Source: an uncultured Pseudomonadota bacterium (GTDB lineage: Bacteria; Vulcanimicrobiota; Vulcanimicrobiia; Eremiobacterales; Eremiobacteraceae). From it: a stretch of DNA of 64,000 nt. The stretch covers positions 1,888,001-1,952,000 of the forward strand of contig CAVTNB010000001.1 of assembly GCA_963736005.1 (NCBI GenBank), in the 5' to 3' direction. The notes beneath the pieces were generated by a model, which had not been told where the DNA came from, searched no databases, and worked only from the letters and a program-made list of their open reading frames with translations. Of this stretch, positions 55,747-64,000 are shown piece after piece. Position 1 is the stretch's first letter, and every line of letters starts with the position of its first letter. A program made the translations under genes and the position numbers.

Positions 55747-57580
55747 GCGCCGCACTGCTGCGCGTGGCACCAAGCGCAGCGCGAGGTTAAAAGACCAAGA
55801 GCGCTCTCGCTTGGGGATTCGCTCTTTCGTTGTCTTCTGGGTCTTTTTTGCGTTGAGCGCACTGCTCGTCACGCGCCTTTATATCGTGCAGATACGAGAG
55901 GGCGCGGGTTTGGCGGCGAATGCCAGCGAGGAACAGGAGGTCACCTTCCCGGTCAACCCGCACCGCGGGGACATCGTGGACCGCTTTGGCATCGTCTTCG
56001 CGACAACGCTTCCTTCCTATTATGTGTCTGCCCGGCCCAACGCATTGTCACACCCGGATAGCGAGGCTGCCGAACTGGCACCCATTCTCAGCATCAGTCC
56101 CCTCCAGATCGAACGAGCGATGCGCAGCAAGCAACCGTTTGTCTATCTGGCACGCAACGTGCCAAAAGCAGTCGCCAGTAGAGTAGGAACGCTCAATCTT
56201 GCGGGCGTTGGTGTCGACGAAGAACCGATGGGTCGCCGCGTCGCCCCGCAAGCCGAAGTTGGTTCGACCGTCATTGGTTTCACAGGGGTCGACGATCAGG
56301 GTCTGGCCGGCGTTGAGTATGAATTCAACGGCGAGCTTGCGGGGCGTGAGGGAAGCGTTACCGAGGAGACCGATGCCGCGGGCCGCCCCATTCCGTTTGG
56401 GAAGCGCATCGTGCACCAGGCAGCGTCCGGTGACACGGTTGTCTTGACGATCGATCGAACGCTGCAGTTTGACGCCGACCAGATCTTGCACGCCACGGTG
56501 CAGCGGTATCACGCGCAAGGCGGATCGATCGTGGTCATGCGCGCCCGAACCGGCGAAATTTTGGCGCTTGCGAACGCACCTGATTTCGATCCCAACCACT
56601 ACGACCGCTCCCCCGCAGCTGCGTGGCGAAATCAAGCCGTCACGGATCCGTACGAACCGGGTTCAACGTTCAAGCTCATTACGGCAACCGCAGCGCTGGA
56701 TTCAGGAAAAGTTTCGCTTCAAGACACCTTTCCAGCGCTCAACGAACTACGCATTGGCGGGCGCGTGATCCACAATGCCGACGACGGGCTGATGGCATCC
56801 GGCCATAGTTCGGAAACCGTCGACGACATCGTGACATTTTCGCACAATGTTGGCGCGGCGCAAATTGCTCTACGCATCGGCAAGCAAACGATGTACGATT
56901 ACATTCGGCGCTTCGGCTTTGACGACGCGACAGACATCAACTTGCCCGGTGAGAGCACGGGCATCGTCGGAACTCCCGATGACTGGTGGGGTTCGCGCCT
57001 CGCGACGATAGGTTTCGGACAGGGTGTCTCCGTAACGCCGCTGGCGCTAGCGCGCGCGTATGCGGTTATCGCGAACGGCGGCGAGCTCATGCGTCCACTG
57101 CTGGTGCGATACGTGGTTTCGACCGATGGTCACATTGTTAAAGCGTTCGATCCGATCGTTGTGCGTCGCGTCATGTCGCCGCAAACCGCCGCGAGCTTGC
57201 TGACCATCCTGCGCGATGTCGTGCGGCGCGGCACCGGCAGAGGTTTGTCGCTGCCCGGGTACGCGATCGCGGGCAAGACCGGCACTGCACAAATGGTGAT
57301 CGACGGCAACTACGTCATGGGCGCGTACACCGCTTCCTTTATAGGCATCGTGCCGGCCGACAAACCCCAATATGTCATCCTCGTGAAGATCGATCGTCCG
57401 CAAGGCGCGTACTATGGCAGCATTGTCGCTGGCCCAGCCTTCCGCGCTCTCGCGAGCAAGGTCTTATGGCGAGAAGGCGTGTTGCCACGGCACGCGGCGG
57501 CAGCTCTCGACACATTGCCGAGTCGAGCCGCGGGTTCGGCGGCGGGAGACGCAGCAGGCGAGACGAGAAATCAACTCTGA
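55715..57580 (+). CDS. ftsI: Class B penicillin-binding protein (FtsI)
   Basis: RGDIVDR, YEPGSTFK (SxxK), SHN (SxN), KTGT; start uncertain. Confidence 0.92.
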   Translation: MASRAGLASGRRRTAARGTKRSARLKDQERSRLGIRSFVVFWVFFALSALLVTRLYIVQIREGAGLAANASEEQEVTFPVNPHRGDIVDRFGIVFATTLPSYYVSARPNALSHPDSEAAELAPILSISPLQIERAMRSKQPFVYLARNVPKAVASRVGTLNLAGVGVDEEPMGRRVAPQAEVGSTVIGFTGVDDQGLAGVEYEFNGELAGREGSVTEETDAAGRPIPFGKRIVHQAASGDTVVLTIDRTLQFDADQILHATVQRYHAQGGSIVVMRARTGEILALANAPDFDPNHYDRSPAAAWRNQAVTDPYEPGSTFKLITATAALDSGKVSLQDTFPALNELRIGGRVIHNADDGLMASGHSSETVDDIVTFSHNVGAAQIALRIGKQTMYDYIRRFGFDDATDINLPGESTGIVGTPDDWWGSRLATIGFGQGVSVTPLALARAYAVIANGGELMRPLLVRYVVSTDGHIVKAFDPIVVRRVMSPQTAASLLTILRDVVRRGTGRGLSLPGYAIAGKTGTAQMVIDGNYVMGAYTASFIGIVPADKPQYVILVKIDRPQGAYYGSIVAGPAFRALASKVLWREGVLPRHAAAALDTLPSRAAGSAAGDAAGETRNQL

Positions 57581-59082
57581 TGCAGCCTGTCATAGCGCAA
57601 CCCCTCGAACGCCTCTTCGAGGGGATGCCGGTAACGATCAAGGGAGATGCGAGGCTGACGATCACCTCGCTTGCGACTGATTCGCGCCAGGTGCGGCCTG
57701 GCGCGCTGTTTTTCTGCTTGCGCGGCGAGCGCGCCGACGGCCACGCGTTTGCGCAGGCTGCGCTCGACGCTGGCGCTCTCGGCATCGTCGCCGACCACGA
57801 TCTTTGCGCAGCGAGCGCGACGCGCGTCATCGTGACAGACCCACTCGCCGCGCTCTCCAAAGTTGCAGCGCGGTTTTATCGCGATCCAAGTTCCAGCTTG
57901 ACCATGGTTGGCGTCACGGGAACGAATGGGAAGACCACGACAACGTATTTTATTGAAGCGATCGCGCGCGCAGCAGGCGAGAGCTTTGGGGTCATTGGAA
58001 CGCTCGGCGCGCGGCTGGGTCAGACGCCGGTTGAGGACCTTGCCAACACGACCCCGTTCGCGCATGATGTCCAGCGGCTGTTGGCAGGTTTCCGAGATGC
58101 CGGCGCGCGGGGTGCGGTTCTTGAAGTCTCAAGTCATGCTTTGGATTTGCACCGAGTCGACGACGTCAAGTTCGACGTTGCCGTTCTGACGAATCTGACC
58201 CAGGATCACCTGGACTTTCATCGCAGCTTCGATGATTATCGCACAGCCAAGCGTAAGCTCTTCGCCGCCTCGATGGGTAAAGGCGGCGCTCGTCCAGTCG
58301 CCGTTCTCAACCTCGATGACGCCGAGGGGCGCGCACTCGCCCGCAGTTTGCAATCCGAGCGCCAGGGGCGCTGCCTGACCTACGGCGTCAACAACCGCGA
58401 TGCATTGATCGATGCGACCGATGTAACGATGGGCCCATCTAGTTCGCGCTTTTGGGTGCGCGGTCTGCGACCGGCTCCCTTTACTATCCGCCTGCCAGGC
58501 GCATTCAACGTTGCAAATGCGGTCTGCGCGCTTGCAACCGCGACGGCTCTCGATATCGACGTCGAAGCAATCGCCGAAGGACTCGAGTCGCTTGAAGAGG
58601 TGCCCGGCCGGATGATTGCGATTCCGGCGGGCGAGGTCGCCGTCTACATTGACTACGCACACACGCCCGACGGCATGGAGCAGATCCTGCGCGCCGCTCG
58701 CACGCTCACGAAGGGAAGGATTGTGTGCGTTTTCGGCTGCGGAGGAAATCGGGATGCGTCCAAGCGGCCTGCCATGGGCCGCATCGCGCAAGAGCTTGCG
58801 GATTATGTCATACTGACCACCGATAATCCGCGTCACGAAGAGCCTAGAGCAATCATCGACGACATCCTGGCTGGGATGGACGCTGGTGCAGGCCGTCACG
58901 AGGTGGTCGTCGATCGCACCGCCGCGATCGCGCGCGCGGTTGAGCTTGCTCGTGCCAGTGATTCTGTGGTCATCGCGGGCAAGGGTCACGAGAACTATCA
59001 AATCTTTGGTGACGAACGTCGACCATTTTCGGATGCCATCGCAGCGCGCGCTGCGATCGCGAAGAAGGAAGCAGTGCGATGA
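57580..59082 (+). CDS. murE: UDP-MurNAc-tripeptide synthetase (meso-DAP type)
   Basis: DSR, GVTGTNGKTT, EVSSH, DYAHTPD, FGCGG, DNPR, AGKGHE. Confidence 0.96.
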   Translation: MQPVIAQPLERLFEGMPVTIKGDARLTITSLATDSRQVRPGALFFCLRGERADGHAFAQAALDAGALGIVADHDLCAASATRVIVTDPLAALSKVAARFYRDPSSSLTMVGVTGTNGKTTTTYFIEAIARAAGESFGVIGTLGARLGQTPVEDLANTTPFAHDVQRLLAGFRDAGARGAVLEVSSHALDLHRVDDVKFDVAVLTNLTQDHLDFHRSFDDYRTAKRKLFAASMGKGGARPVAVLNLDDAEGRALARSLQSERQGRCLTYGVNNRDALIDATDVTMGPSSSRFWVRGLRPAPFTIRLPGAFNVANAVCALATATALDIDVEAIAEGLESLEEVPGRMIAIPAGEVAVYIDYAHTPDGMEQILRAARTLTKGRIVCVFGCGGNRDASKRPAMGRIAQELADYVILTTDNPRHEEPRAIIDDILAGMDAGAGRHEVVVDRTAAIARAVELARASDSVVIAGKGHENYQIFGDERRPFSDAIAARAAIAKKEAVR

Positions 59083-60473
59083 GTCTTTCCTTCGCACGCT
59101 TTCTGGAAAAAAGCGGCGGGCGAGTACTCGCAGATGCCGCCTCGCTGCCGGCTCAGTTTCGACCAAGCACCGACTCGCGCACGCTCGCGTCCGGGGAAAC
59201 CTTCGTGTGCCTGCGCGGTCCCAATTTCGACGGCCACGACTACATCGCGCAAGCGATCTCCCGCGGAGCAGCCGCGATCCTTATCGACGACGACAGCAAG
59301 GTATCCCGCCCCGAGCGCGTCCCCGTCGTGCGCGTCGGCGACGTGAAGGAAGCCTATCTCATTGGTGCGACGACTGCGCGCCGTGCGTTTGCCGGTCAGG
59401 TCATCGCGATCACGGGGAGCAACGGCAAGACGACGACCAAGGAATTTGCCGCCCAGATCATCGGCGCGCAGCGGCGCGTCCTCGCGACGCCGCAAAATGA
59501 AAACAACGAGCTGGGCGTCGCCAAATTGTGCTACCAGCTCAACTCCGAGGCAGAGGTTGCGGTGGTTGAATTTGGCGCTCGCCATCCCGGCGAAATTGCG
59601 CAACTCGTCGACATAGCCGCGCCCGACATTGGCGTCCTCACAAACATTGCCGAAGCGCATCTTGAGTTTTTTAGCGATCAAGCAGAGCTCGCGCGAACGA
59701 AATTTGCTATTTTTTCCAAAGGAGCTCGCGCCGTTTGCAATGCTGCCGACGTGTGGTCGCGGATGCTGGCGGCGGAAGCAGGAGTGGATGGCAAGGCGTT
59801 GTGGGTCAGGCTGGTCGGCGATCCAGTCATGTCAGGCATCATGCTCGAGGCGGGCTTGCCCAAGGACGGCCAACTGGCCGTGACCTTTGGTGCATCACAC
59901 GCCTTTGCGGGGTGGCGTCTCGTTGGCGAGCATCACCTACGCGATGCTTTGCAAGCCGCCGGCGCAGCGATTCTCGCGGGCGTCGCATTTGAAGATGCGC
60001 TTGCGCAACTGCAGGGCTTGCGTTTGCCGCCCGGTCGCTTCGAGCTCCACCACGCGCCATCGGGGGCGACGATCGTCTACGATGCTTACAATGCAAGCCC
60101 GAGCTCGATGATGCACGCGTTACGGTCCTTCGCCGAGTTGCCGGCGACGCGGCGTATCGCAGTGCTTGGGAGCATGGCCGAACTCGGCGCACAGGCGGAG
60201 CGGCATCACGAGGCGGTCGGTGCGGCAGCGGTGGACGCGGGCATTGGCATCCTCTATGTCGGCGGACCATTCGCCGCCGCGCTGGCGGGCGGTGCGAAGC
60301 GCGCAGGCATGTCTGCCGAGAACGTGATCGCTTTTGCAAGCAATGACGAAATCGCTGACCGCTTGCGCCGCACGCTTGCCCCAGGCGATTGCGTGTTGCT
60401 CAAAGGGTCGCGCGTGCAAAAGATGGAGGAGATCTTGGCTCGCGTGCTCGGATCGGGAGTCCTCGCCTCGTGA
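59079..60473 (+). CDS. murF: UDP-MurNAc-pentapeptide synthetase
   Basis: TGSNGKTTTKE, NNELG, DAYNASP, LGSMAELG, LKGSR. Confidence 0.96.
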   Translation: MSLSFARFLEKSGGRVLADAASLPAQFRPSTDSRTLASGETFVCLRGPNFDGHDYIAQAISRGAAAILIDDDSKVSRPERVPVVRVGDVKEAYLIGATTARRAFAGQVIAITGSNGKTTTKEFAAQIIGAQRRVLATPQNENNELGVAKLCYQLNSEAEVAVVEFGARHPGEIAQLVDIAAPDIGVLTNIAEAHLEFFSDQAELARTKFAIFSKGARAVCNAADVWSRMLAAEAGVDGKALWVRLVGDPVMSGIMLEAGLPKDGQLAVTFGASHAFAGWRLVGEHHLRDALQAAGAAILAGVAFEDALAQLQGLRLPPGRFELHHAPSGATIVYDAYNASPSSMMHALRSFAELPATRRIAVLGSMAELGAQAERHHEAVGAAAVDAGIGILYVGGPFAAALAGGAKRAGMSAENVIAFASNDEIADRLRRTLAPGDCVLLKGSRVQKMEEILARVLGSGVLAS

Positions 60474-61186
60474 GCCCCACTTCGTTTGTGCTCGACATCG
60501 CGCTCTTGCCGCCGCGCATCGTCGCGCTGCCGGTGCGCACGCCGCTCGTCAAACCTGGAGATGATCTGCCGGCCATGCTGTGCGAGTGCCTGCGTGGCCT
60601 GCTTCGAGGCGACGACATCATCTGCGTTTCCGAAACAGCGGTGGCGATCTCGCAGGGTCGATCGATTCCGGCCGAGGCGATCCGGCCCTCGCGACTCGCG
60701 CGGCTCCTCGCTAGGCGCGCCGGTTCGTACGCGACAGTCAGCCAGCCCGAGTCGATGCAACTTGTTTTGGAGAGTGCGGGGACGCTGCGGGTGTTGGCGG
60801 CGGCAGCCGCAGGCGCTGCCGGGCGGCTCGTTGGGCGACGAGGCGATTTCTACCGCCTCTTGGGATCGGCCGTGGCGGAGATCGATGGTTACACAGGTAC
60901 CATGCCGCCCTACGAACGTCACATCGTGCTGGGTCCCCGCAATCCGCACATCGTTGCCCAAACCATCGCACAAGTCTGCGCCGCTCATGCCTGCATCGTC
61001 GACGCAAACGATTTGGGCAAGGCGGAAGTGCTCGGCGCAAGCGCAGGAGTCCGAACTGAAATCGTGCGCCGCTGTCTGTTGTTGAATCCAGCGGGCAACG
61101 CGGATGAGCAGACACCCGTGGTCGTTTTGAAATATCGACCAGAGCCTGGGTCGCCTGCTCGCTCTCCTTTGCTCGAAACAGCGTGA
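60470..61186 (+). CDS. CofE / F420-0:L-glutamate ligase-like protein inside the dcw cluster
   Basis: PVRTPLVKPGDD, VSETAVAISQGR, IDG, VDANDLG, NPAGNADEQTPVV resemble the F420_ligase fold family; 4-bp GTGA overlaps with murF and mraY. Confidence 0.75.
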   Translation: MSPTSFVLDIALLPPRIVALPVRTPLVKPGDDLPAMLCECLRGLLRGDDIICVSETAVAISQGRSIPAEAIRPSRLARLLARRAGSYATVSQPESMQLVLESAGTLRVLAAAAAGAAGRLVGRRGDFYRLLGSAVAEIDGYTGTMPPYERHIVLGPRNPHIVAQTIAQVCAAHACIVDANDLGKAEVLGASAGVRTEIVRRCLLLNPAGNADEQTPVVVLKYRPEPGSPARSPLLETA

Positions 61187-62181
61187 TCTTGGCCTCGCTG
61201 CTGGACGGATTGTTCGCCTTCGTACCCGTGCGTGCACTCGCAGTGATCTCGGGTTTGATCGTCGCGATCGCTGTTATTCCGTGGCTCATCAGCGCTCAGA
61301 AACGCCTGCATCTCGGACAGCAAGTCTACGATGATGCTCCGAAGACGCACGCGACAAAACAAGGAACCCCAACCATGGGTGGGGTTGCGTTCGTCTTGGC
61401 GGCGTTGGTTGGATGGATGCTGGGAGGTTTTCACAACTCGCTGCCGCTCATCGCGCTCGTGGTCGCTGCCGGGGCCATAGGGTTCATCGATGACCTGCTC
61501 ATCGTGCGCGGCCGACGCGCCCTTGGTTTGCGTGCGCGCGAAAAGTTTTCCCTGATCGCGGTTGCGGCGATCGCCTACGTCTTTTGGGTGTACAACACAG
61601 GCTTGGGTGGGCCCGAGCAGACGTGGTTTGGCGGCACCGCTTCGCTGCCACTGTGGCTGTGGAGTGGTCTGGCAGTGCTTGCCATCGTGGGTTCCGCGAA
61701 TGCGGTGAATCTTACCGACGGCCTTGATGGCTTGGCAGCTGGAGCGACCATTCCAACGCTGATTGGGCTCCAGCTCACCGCACAATATCTGGGCTTGCCG
61801 GGCGGGTCGACCACAGCAGATGCCGTGATTGGCGCGTTGCTTGGGTTCCTTTGGTTCAACCGACACCCCGCTCGCATTTTTATGGGCGATACCGGCTCGC
61901 TCGCCTTGGGAGCGCTTATCGCCGGCGTCGCGATCGAGTCCCATGCCCTGCTGCTGCTCCCTCTCTTTGGCATCGTCTTCGTTCTCGAAGCGCTCTCAGT
62001 CATTGCACAAGTCACAAGCTACAAGACAACAAGCCGTCGCATTTTCAAGATGAGTCCCTTGCATCACCACTTTGAACTCTCTGGTTGGCGCGAAACGGCA
62101 GTGACCTCAACGTTCGTCGCGTTTGCGGTGGTCGCCGCCGCTGCGACTTGGCTCACGTGGTGGTCGAGTAACAAGCTGTAG
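61183..62181 (+). CDS. mraY: Phospho-MurNAc-pentapeptide transferase
   Basis: KQGTPTMGG, GFIDD, NAVNLTDGLDGL, FMGDTGS, MSPLHHHFE. Confidence 0.97.
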   Translation: MILASLLDGLFAFVPVRALAVISGLIVAIAVIPWLISAQKRLHLGQQVYDDAPKTHATKQGTPTMGGVAFVLAALVGWMLGGFHNSLPLIALVVAAGAIGFIDDLLIVRGRRALGLRAREKFSLIAVAAIAYVFWVYNTGLGGPEQTWFGGTASLPLWLWSGLAVLAIVGSANAVNLTDGLDGLAAGATIPTLIGLQLTAQYLGLPGGSTTADAVIGALLGFLWFNRHPARIFMGDTGSLALGALIAGVAIESHALLLLPLFGIVFVLEALSVIAQVTSYKTTSRRIFKMSPLHHHFELSGWRETAVTSTFVAFAVVAAAATWLTWWSSNKL

Positions 62182-62210
62182 CAGCGGACCTTTTGGTTCG
62201 CCCGCGAATC
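62178..62210 (+). repeat. Degenerate class D REP (its TAG is the mraY stop)
   Basis: gtagcagcggaccttttggttcgc. Confidence 0.65.
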
Positions 62211-62227
62211 ACATGTCGAAAAGAAGA

Positions 62228-63610
62228 ATGTACAACAAGAACGATTCGATCATCATTATCGGCCTCGGGCGTAGCGGACTTGCGACCGCGCGCGTGCTTC
62301 GCAAACGCGGCGTGTCGGTCGTAGCCTATGACGATAAACCACCTCACTTGCTCGGTTCGGAAAACGCCGCGCTCCTCAAAATCGGCGTTCCGCTCATCGG
62401 AGCCGGCGAGCTCGACGCGGCGGCGAAAACAGCAACCTGTGCCGTGATCTCGCCCGGCGTACCCCAGACCAACCGTGCGGTGCGGCAGTTGCAAGATGCA
62501 GGGGTGACGGTCATTTCAGAAATCGAGCTTGCCTATCAGCTGGCGTCTAGCCCGATCATCGCGGTCACCGGGAGCAAGGGGAAGTCCACGACCACCGCAC
62601 TCATCGGTCACATCCTCACGACGGGCGGGATCGCCAATCGCGTGGGCGGCAACATCGGCAATCCGCTCGTGCTCGAGACCGTTTCGGCTCCGGCGGACGC
62701 TTGGGTCGTGGCAGAGGTATCGAGTTTCCAGCTTGAGGGCATTCGCACGTTTGCGCCGCGCATCAGCGTTCTCCTGAACATTTCTCCAGATCACCTCGAT
62801 CGCTATCCTTCGATGGAAGAATACGCGGAAGCGAAGTTTCGCATCTTCGCAAATCAAAAAACGAAAGATTTCTTCATCGGCAACGCCGATGACGAGTATT
62901 GTGCGTGGCTGCGCAGCGGAGCGGGCAGAAGCATTCCGGCTCGCGCACTCTGGTTTGGCATGGAACCAACCGACCGTGGCCTCTCGATGACGATGTTAGG
63001 CGACGCGATCGTGCTTCGCGACAAGCGCCGCGAGGTACCCGTCGTTCACGCGCACGATCTGAAGATTCGCGGGAAACACAATGTCGCCAACGCCATGGCG
63101 GCAGCCCTGGCTGCTTTGAGCGCGGGGGTCAAGCTGGAATTCGTGCGCCAAGCCTTATCGACGTTCGAGCCACTGCCGCACAGGCTCACGCCCGTGCATC
63201 GCGCTTTTGGGGTCACGTGGATTGACGATAGCAAGGCAACCAACCCAGCGTCTGCGACGGCGGCTCTCGAGGCCATGGAAGCGCCAGTCATCCTCATCGC
63301 AGGGGGCAAGAGCAAGAAGACCGATTTCACAAATTTTGCCGCGGCGGCATCTCGCATCGCCAAACGGGTCATCCTCATCGGTGAAGCCGCTCAAGAAATT
63401 GGCGAGCTCGTCGAAGGACCGCCGGTCTGCTACGCTCGTGATTTGCAAACTGCGGTGATCGATGCCGCGGCTGCTGCACGCAAAGGCGATGTCGTCCTCC
63501 TGTCGCCCGCGTGTTCATCCTTCGATATGTTTGAAAGCGCCGAGCAACGCGGCGAACACTTCGCCAAGCTCGCTCGCGAATACGGCAATCATAACGTGGC
63601 CGCGTCGTGA
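62228..63610 (+). CDS. murD: UDP-MurNAc-L-Ala:D-Glu ligase
   Basis: GLGRSG, SPGV, TGSKGKSTT, EVSSFQL, DHLDRY, DDSKATN, LSPACSSFD. Confidence 0.96.
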   Translation: MYNKNDSIIIIGLGRSGLATARVLRKRGVSVVAYDDKPPHLLGSENAALLKIGVPLIGAGELDAAAKTATCAVISPGVPQTNRAVRQLQDAGVTVISEIELAYQLASSPIIAVTGSKGKSTTTALIGHILTTGGIANRVGGNIGNPLVLETVSAPADAWVVAEVSSFQLEGIRTFAPRISVLLNISPDHLDRYPSMEEYAEAKFRIFANQKTKDFFIGNADDEYCAWLRSGAGRSIPARALWFGMEPTDRGLSMTMLGDAIVLRDKRREVPVVHAHDLKIRGKHNVANAMAAALAALSAGVKLEFVRQALSTFEPLPHRLTPVHRAFGVTWIDDSKATNPASATAALEAMEAPVILIAGGKSKKTDFTNFAAAASRIAKRVILIGEAAQEIGELVEGPPVCYARDLQTAVIDAAAAARKGDVVLLSPACSSFDMFESAEQRGEHFAKLAREYGNHNVAAS

Positions 63611-64000
63611 TCGATCGCCGGGCTCCCGATGCCTTGGTGCTGATCGTGACTGGGCTGCTGACTGCCATGGGCATCGTCATGGTCTTTTCTGCATCGTCTG
63701 CAGTGGCGTACATGCAATTTCACGACGCGGCCTACTATCTCAAGCGAGAGCTGCTGTGGGCTGCCGTCGGCGTTCTGGCGCTCGTCGTGGGCCTGCGCTT
63801 TGACTACGCAAAGCTGCGGCCGGCAGCCCCCTGGATTTTTGCGATCGCAATCGTGCTGCTTGTCGCAGTCTTGATTCCCAAGTTCGGCTTTATCGAGGGC
63901 GGCGCGCGGCGCTGGCTCTCGCTCGGCCCGTTCACGTTTGAACCCTCGGAGTTTGCCAAGCTCGCCCTCGTGCTTTTCTTGGCTGGCTTGTTTTCTGCTC
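63607..64000 (+). CDS. ftsW: FtsW (3' truncated by window edge)
   Basis: GTG at 63607; GIVMVFSAS, GARRWL, FEPSEFAK. Confidence 0.92.
   Translation, partial: MIDRRAPDALVLIVTGLLTAMGIVMVFSASSAVAYMQFHDAAYYLKRELLWAAVGVLALVVGLRFDYAKLRPAAPWIFAIAIVLLVAVLIPKFGFIEGGARRWLSLGPFTFEPSEFAKLALVLFLAGLFSA

Overview
GC-rich bacterial chromosomal window, mostly core and metabolic genes. I saw no phage, IS, integrase or CRISPR array. The mix of outer-membrane genes (Lpt/Lnt, a beta-barrel ending in Phe) with Firmicutes/Actinobacteria-like gene orders suggests a diderm Terrabacteria lineage such as Eremiobacterota (inference only). In order: porin C-terminus, a degenerate pstCAB-like cassette, cystathionine beta-synthase/gamma-lyase, iclR, tldD-pmbA, tRNA-Leu(CAG), gdh, a pqqABCDE operon (pqqA is missed by the ORF track), egtD facing an Opu/Osm-type ABC transporter, a c-di-GMP module, a selenocysteine formate dehydrogenase with a SECIS and permuted subunit layout, polA-mutM-rpsA-coaE, KGG stress proteins, an lpt/lnt cluster, and the start of the dcw cluster. 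Most notable: (1) a CofE/F420-0:glutamate-ligase-like gene translationally coupled between murF and mraY, a candidate unrecognised peptidoglycan-precursor ligase; (2) a PstB paralogue with four of its five conserved ABC motifs altered (Walker A retained); (3) at least four classes of GTAG-type REP palindromes that form mosaics and supply the stop codons of six genes. Four single-base frameshifts are probably assembly errors.
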